Shown here piece by piece: positions 60,099-64,000 of a stretch of 64,000 nucleotides of DNA. The translations under genes were made by a program, and so were the position numbers. Below the pieces are notes generated by a model that saw only the letters and a program-made list of their open reading frames with translations, was not told where the DNA came from and ran no database searches. The stretch lies in sequence record NC_055712.1. One strand, written 5' to 3'. Origin of the DNA: Escherichia phage phT4A. Within the stretch, counting starts at the first letter, position 1. Each line of letters begins with the position of its first letter.

Positions 60099-60344
60099 TT
60101 ATTCACCTTCAAAAGCGTTATCAAATGCTTCAAGTGCTTTGTTAGCGCGAGCACTGGCTTTTGTCACACCAGCAGAAAGGTTTTCGAAGAAAGTATGTTT
60201 CCACACTTCGCGGCGACTGGATTCATGTTCCAGACTGTTTTTGTGATCACCGCGAATCTGTTCTTCCATGTCATAACGGTACAGATCGAGTTCTGCGTTT
60301 AATTTCTGTTCTAATGCCTGTGCAAATACATGTTCAATATTCAT
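60099..60344 (-). CDS. hypothetical protein (81 aa)
   Basis: ORF track; abuts the Nudix start. Confidence 0.55.
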   Translation of the reverse strand: MNIEHVFAQALEQKLNAELDLYRYDMEEQIRGDHKNSLEHESSRREVWKHTFFENLSAGVTKASARANKALEAFDNAFEGE

Positions 60345-60592
60345 TTTGTATAGCCTATTTCAGATTTAAGGTTTTCGAGGGTGGAGTGATAAACAACATT
60401 CCCTTCGTGTCGAGTATACCATACTTTTCCGTTCTGGTTACACTCATTCATTACATTTTCATCTAAACCAGGGATCGGCTTCATGCTGGGAGAAAACGCG
60501 ATAGACATCATTTGTTCCGCACTATCAGCAAACCCACAAGGGAAAACAGATCCAGTTGGTTTATCAAGATACATCAACTCTACTTTAGCCAT
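60341..60592 (-). CDS. hypothetical protein (83 aa)
   Basis: Start moved to ATG 60592. Confidence 0.5.
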   Translation of the reverse strand: MAKVELMYLDKPTGSVFPCGFADSAEQMMSIAFSPSMKPIPGLDENVMNECNQNGKVWYTRHEGNVVYHSTLENLKSEIGYTK

Positions 60593-60878
60593 AGATTTCT
60601 TCGAAATCCTCACAATCAGGCAAATACGTTTCACAGAAGGTGCAAAGCGTAAAGAATGCAGGTTGACGAATACCAGGATTATCCGGTAGATACATCCAGA
60701 AGGTGTTAGCAAACACGATGAATGTTTTCAGGTTTTCGGTGGTAATTTCGCTAACACCATCATACCCGGATTGATTGATCGCGCGTTGCAGTGGCACCTC
60801 GTACTGTTCGCAATAGTCGGCATAATGATCGCTTGTTACAAGGCCATTAGCCATTTTAATCAAATCGACGATTTTCAT
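60585..60878 (-). CDS. hypothetical protein (97 aa)
   Basis: ORF track. Confidence 0.55.
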   Translation of the reverse strand: MKIVDLIKMANGLVTSDHYADYCEQYEVPLQRAINQSGYDGVSEITTENLKTFIVFANTFWMYLPDNPGIRQPAFFTLCTFCETYLPDCEDFEEIYG

Positions 60879-61210
60879 GATTTTACATATTCCACTTTAA
60901 CAGGTTTTGCAACAAATTTATCTTTGGTGCGCCCATGACCATTACACAGGTCACATTCTTTGTTGAAATCTTTCATATCTTCGACCCATCCAGAATCTGG
61001 CAACCCAGACGGATATGCGTTATAACGAATGGTTTCATAACCTTTTCCGTTGCATTTCGGGCAAACATGAGGACGTTCTTTTTTAGCAGACTCTGCCAGT
61101 TCGCGAAGGGTGGTAGAACTACCATAAGCCCGACACATGTTTTCAAAGTCTTTTAAAGTCATTCTATAAACATCAATGACGTTATATTTTTTGCCGGATG
61201 GTTTAGCCAT
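60875..61210 (-). CDS. protein with DnaJ-type CxxCxGxG zinc-finger pair (111 aa)
   Basis: CPKCNGKGY and CDLCNGHGR; start moved to ATG 61210. Confidence 0.55.
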   Translation of the reverse strand: MAKPSGKKYNVIDVYRMTLKDFENMCRAYGSSTTLRELAESAKKERPHVCPKCNGKGYETIRYNAYPSGLPDSGWVEDMKDFNKECDLCNGHGRTKDKFVAKPVKVEYVKS

Positions 61211-61220
61211 AATATATTTC

Positions 61221-61361
61221 TCACTTAAAGAATTTTTTGATGAAAGAGATAGCAAGGCCGATACCAAAGAAAATTAAGTAACCTTTTCCGTCACCGTGCG
61301 CCAAAACATAGAGTGAGCTGCCGTATGCGATGAGTTCTGCGATGTTCATTAAGTTTCTCAT
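61221..61361 (-). CDS. small membrane protein (46 aa)
   Basis: Manual: MRNLMNIAELIAYGSSLYVLAHGDGKGYLIFFGIGLAISFIKKFFK; strong SD AAGGAGG. Confidence 0.45.
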   Translation of the reverse strand: MRNLMNIAELIAYGSSLYVLAHGDGKGYLIFFGIGLAISFIKKFFK

Positions 61362-61450
61362 GATATCCTCCTTTTTCTATATTAAGTATCTTACCATAAT
61401 ATAAACCAAAGTCAACAACAAAGTTTTATCAACCCACTTATCACCAGTCA

Positions 61451-61591
61451 TTAGTAATCCCCTACAGGTTGAGACGCCGCAACACTCAGGATCTTGAAAG
61501 TGCAATTGTTCCATTCACAATAAGTTTTTGCGCAATGAACACTTCCTTTCATAACAAACCCGTTTGAGAAAATTAACCAGTAAAGTTTCAT
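61451..61591 (-). CDS. hypothetical small protein (46 aa)
   Basis: Start moved to ATG 61591 (SD AAGGAGG) after the promoter cassette. Confidence 0.4.
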   Translation of the reverse strand: MKLYWLIFSNGFVMKGSVHCAKTYCEWNNCTFKILSVAASQPVGDY

Positions 61592-61618
61592 GATAGCCTC
61601 CTTTGTTTCGACAAGGCC

Positions 61619-61657
61619 AATATAACAAAGCCCCTGCACGAATGCAAGGGCTTTTTT
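61619..61657 (-). promoter_or_regulatory. hairpin-embedded early promoter cassette (PeSL-like)
   Basis: Minus strand: AAAAAAGCCC-TTGCAT-17 nt-TATATT; near-duplicate of the 57208 cassette. Confidence 0.6.
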
Positions 61658-62196
61658 CAGTTTTTCAACATCCAAAGTTGCGGAGGACAATCTTTAGAAG
61701 CGATTAGACGATCCAGGCGGGACATAACCCGACGATAACCGTCGTATTCAAAATTAATTTTTGGTGGAACGTAGTTGACCTGGATTGTTTTTCTGTTAGC
61801 TAAAGAAACATACTCAGGGATCACCGTTCGCAACCGTATAGCGATCACTGGCTTCTCTTCGCCTTCGTTAAAGAACATTTGAACAGTTATAGGACAAGCA
61901 AAGATTTTACCATTTACCCGACGATAAACAATAACTTCCTGTGTCCCTTCTGTTTTGGCCTTCACCGCGTAGGTTAGAACATAACACGAATAATGATTTG
62001 CTAGACTCATCATGATATCGCGATAAGTTTCAATATCTTTTTTAATCGATACTGAACGGTCTTTAAAGCGATCTGCAATGTGGTCAGCAGTAGCCGCTAC
62101 CTTGATTGTATACCAGTCACCTAACGCGCTAGTAAACGCCTCGCTAACTTCTTTTCGTACACTGTTAACAAGATACATTAAACGTGTTCTGTTCAT
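61657..62196 (-). CDS. hypothetical protein (179 aa)
   Basis: Start moved to ATG 62196 (SD GAGGA). Confidence 0.6.
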   Translation of the reverse strand: MNRTRLMYLVNSVRKEVSEAFTSALGDWYTIKVAATADHIADRFKDRSVSIKKDIETYRDIMMSLANHYSCYVLTYAVKAKTEGTQEVIVYRRVNGKIFACPITVQMFFNEGEEKPVIAIRLRTVIPEYVSLANRKTIQVNYVPPKINFEYDGYRRVMSRLDRLIASKDCPPQLWMLKN

Positions 62197-62203
62197 ATAA
62201 TCC

Positions 62204-62827
62204 TCACTGATTTTTGAAGTATTCGATCTGACGCAAACGCTTTTCAGCGGCGGCTTTCGAATCGTATTCACCAAGTTCTTTTGTGTGATCGTGATTCAAA
62301 ACAACCCACTTATCGCCACGCTGTTCAATGTGTTCTGTAATATCTTTTAACGACTTATCCAGATCCAGTGATTCAGCCTCTTCACAGATAATAGTCAAAT
62401 CCACGGGCAGTGTCAACAACCTTTTTACTCCGCTGATATCATCAAGCATCGAATCGTATGCAAGGGTTACGTGCGGTTTGTAATCCGGATAATCGTATGT
62501 TGCGCCAGCATCAATAGAATCTTTGAAACGGCTATGCAGGTATTCAGATTCCAGGATCCCTACGATAGTGCTACCGTATTTTGTGTCCCACTTTTCAACA
62601 TCAACCAGTTTAGCAGGTTCTGTGATGTCCTGTTGCGGGAACAAATCAACCGTTTTCCGGCTGTATACGATCGTTGTATGCATCTTTTCGGCTGAAACAG
62701 CATTCTTTGTGATACCTAATGTCTTTTGAACATTTTTCAAAGCCTCACATGAAGCCTGATCGAATTTAGCACACATGTAGATACCAGGATCTACAACAGG
62801 TTTTGTGATTTCAAGAAATGATTTCAT
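62204..62827 (-). CDS. 2H phosphoesterase (LigT/cyclic phosphodiesterase fold) with a short C-terminal extension
   Basis: Two H-x-T motifs, MHTTIVYS and PHVTLAYD, about 72 aa apart; start moved to ATG 62827. Confidence 0.75.
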   Translation of the reverse strand: MKSFLEITKPVVDPGIYMCAKFDQASCEALKNVQKTLGITKNAVSAEKMHTTIVYSRKTVDLFPQQDITEPAKLVDVEKWDTKYGSTIVGILESEYLHSRFKDSIDAGATYDYPDYKPHVTLAYDSMLDDISGVKRLLTLPVDLTIICEEAESLDLDKSLKDITEHIEQRGDKWVVLNHDHTKELGEYDSKAAAEKRLRQIEYFKNQ

Positions 62828-62840
62828 AAAACACCCCAAT

Positions 62841-62860
62841 AAAAAAGGGGCCGAAGCCCC
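62841..62860 (-). terminator. rho-independent terminator
   Basis: Minus strand: GGGGC-TTCG-GCCCC then TTTTTT. Confidence 0.7.
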
Positions 62861-62878
62861 TTTGTAATAAATTTGTTT

Positions 62879-63151
62879 TTACGCTTCTTCGCCAAAGTCG
62901 GCTTCATCTTCCGCGCCTTTTTCGACTTCAACGGAAGGGATCAGAGCGGATACCGCGCCAATCACTGCTTCTGGGGTTACTGGCTGGCTTGCGTCAATAC
63001 CCAGTACCGAACACAGGTCGGACAGAAGTTGACGATGAACAGAGAGTTCACTTTCTTTTTGCGCGATTACTTCGTTCAGATCGAATGCGCGGCCTTTCAG
63101 TACCAGTACTTCATTTTGCAGTTTTTGAATATCAGACATTTTATTACCCAT
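62879..63151 (-). CDS. hypothetical coiled-coil/acidic protein (90 aa)
   Basis: ORF track. Confidence 0.6.
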   Translation of the reverse strand: MGNKMSDIQKLQNEVLVLKGRAFDLNEVIAQKESELSVHRQLLSDLCSVLGIDASQPVTPEAVIGAVSALIPSVEVEKGAEDEADFGEEA

Positions 63152-63153
63152 TG

Positions 63154-63849
63154 TTAAAATTTAAAAGTATCGAGCACTTTGCTCTTTAGTTGTTTCAAAG
63201 TACCTTCGTTAGTGATGATACTATCTCCCGGTTGAGGTGTCAAACCTTTTTCCGTGGAATGTTCATCAACAATTCCGGTATCTTTTACAATAAACACAAA
63301 CTTAGCACCCAAGCGTTTCAGGTATTTATATTCGTGTTCCTGACGACAGTCAGTTACCAGAAGATGATTGTATTCGTCACCAGCATATTTATTGACGAAT
63401 CTTTCCAGTGTGTAACGAACCCAAACCGTGTTATCATACTTGCATACGATATCAGTTCCAAACACTTGCATCAAGCGTCTGATACTCCAGGGAGTATCGT
63501 TACTCATAATCAGATTATCAATATCATCAGGACTATAAACAATATTGTATCCACGTTCTTTGAGGATTTCAAGCCCGATTTTGAAAATATTTAGAACATC
63601 TTCATTAGACATCACAAGAGGTTTCTCTCGATCACCTTCGTAAAAAATAGCATCCGGATCAGAATATTTTCCTTCAACCAGACTACGAATGTATGGTTTA
63701 GCGTAACCATATCGCTGCATTGCTACTCTTAGCGTTCTTTTGATACCAAATGCCAGTGCTTCACACTGAACATCATTGTACGCCTCTTGAATAAATTTAG
63801 CAACCGTATCTTTACCAGTTCGCTTTTTTCCACTAATCACATAAATCAT
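63154..63849 (-). CDS. 1: deoxynucleoside monophosphate kinase
   Basis: MIYVISGKKRTGKDTVAKFI parallels the T4 gp1 N-terminus (..SGVKRSGKDT..) as recalled; 231 aa vs 241 aa. Confidence 0.8.
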   Translation of the reverse strand: MIYVISGKKRTGKDTVAKFIQEAYNDVQCEALAFGIKRTLRVAMQRYGYAKPYIRSLVEGKYSDPDAIFYEGDREKPLVMSNEDVLNIFKIGLEILKERGYNIVYSPDDIDNLIMSNDTPWSIRRLMQVFGTDIVCKYDNTVWVRYTLERFVNKYAGDEYNHLLVTDCRQEHEYKYLKRLGAKFVFIVKDTGIVDEHSTEKGLTPQPGDSIITNEGTLKQLKSKVLDTFKF

Positions 63850-64000
63850 TAGCTCATTCTCTTTTGAGAAGTGACTACTTTTCCGTCAATTTCAACTTCC
63901 ATATGAAGGAAGCCAAAAGTTGCCATACACGTAACCGCTTCATCACTATCGTTAGTATAACCCAATTCAACCTCACCCAAGTTTGTTGGGAAGGCACCAT
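63849..64000 (-). CDS. hypothetical protein, C-terminal part only (5' end beyond window)
   Basis: Manual: ..LGEVELGYTNDSDEAVTCMATFGFLHMEVEIDGKVVTSQKRMS; TAATG overlap with the gene 1 start. Confidence 0.5.
   Translation of the reverse strand, partial: GAFPTNLGEVELGYTNDSDEAVTCMATFGFLHMEVEIDGKVVTSQKRMS

Noticed and set aside
4526-62860. Recurrent GGGGC-TTCG-GCCCC / GCCCC-GAAA-GGGGC hairpins considered as a CRISPR-like array or MITE family
   Set aside because: They are single, dispersed, always intergenic and followed by U-tracts. No regular spacing or shared flanks were seen beyond the promoter cassettes reported separately, so they are ordinary tetraloop terminators.
63333-63340. Second exact TATAAATA (minus strand) inside gene 1
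   Set aside because: It lies within the dNMP kinase coding sequence, ~180 nt upstream of the next start. It could be an internal late promoter but is equally likely a chance 8-mer in AT-rich DNA, so it is not listed as a feature.
27259-64000. Search for Nampt, integrase, CRISPR/Cas, retron RT, toxin-antitoxin pairs or a prophage boundary in the accessory arm
   Set aside because: No ORF of suitable size or motif was seen (no ~480-aa PRTase, no Tyr/Ser recombinase motifs, no RT YxDD, no repeat-spacer array). The arm is continuous lytic-phage DNA bounded by T4 core genes.

Overview
This window is a piece of a T4-superfamily (Straboviridae-type) myovirus genome from an enterobacterial host, not bacterial chromosome. 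All homology calls are by-eye motif recognition and recall of reference proteins; no searches were run.

Left arm (1-27.2 kb, almost all + strand) reproduces T4 gene order: frd-td-nrdA ... rnlA ... pseT.3/pseT.2-type spanins-pseT ... cd-31-(rIII position)-2 tRNAs ... gene 30 DNA ligase. It then runs into the baseplate-hub/tail-tube block 27 | 28-29-48-54-(two more hub paralogs)-25.

Right arm (27.3-64 kb, - strand except one inserted GIY-YIG gene) is a hyperplastic accessory region of about 85 mostly small, translationally coupled genes, ending at gene 1 (dNMP kinase). Recognisable members:
- DNA and nucleotide functions: Dcm methyltransferase, RlaP-like nucleotidyltransferase, thymidine kinase, PIN-PhoH, DUF262 protein.
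- NAD, ADP-ribose and cyclic-nucleotide candidates: NadM-type NMNAT plus Nudix, macro domain, a second Nudix, 2H phosphoesterase. A NADAR protein and a GrcA glycyl-radical cofactor sit in the left arm.
- Envelope and lysis: secreted transglycosylase, T5-type L-Ala-D-Glu endolysin, SPFH protein.
- Others: a 738-aa vWA protein, a Dps-like protein, a radical SAM/SPASM enzyme.

Other content: seven homing-endonuclease genes (four paralogous HNH-AP2), about ten hairpin-embedded early-promoter cassettes (PeSL-like) with a shared leader, and many hairpin terminators. Three 100-N assembly gaps truncate nrdA, pseT and the nucleotidyltransferase gene. Several homopolymer-linked frameshifts suggest draft-quality sequence.

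The lineage guess (RB43/KP15-like, non-hmC pseudo-T-even) rests only on recalled traits: a J-domain protein, Dcm, a T5-type endolysin and no alc.

Best candidates for something undescribed:
- the vWA-centred operon (28.3-33.0 kb) bracketed by two paralogs with identical N-termini;
- the tail-anchored-protein/DUF262/304-aa operon;
- the radical SAM/SPASM gene and its coupled small partner;
- the scattered NAD/ADP-ribose/cyclic-nucleotide counter-defence candidates.
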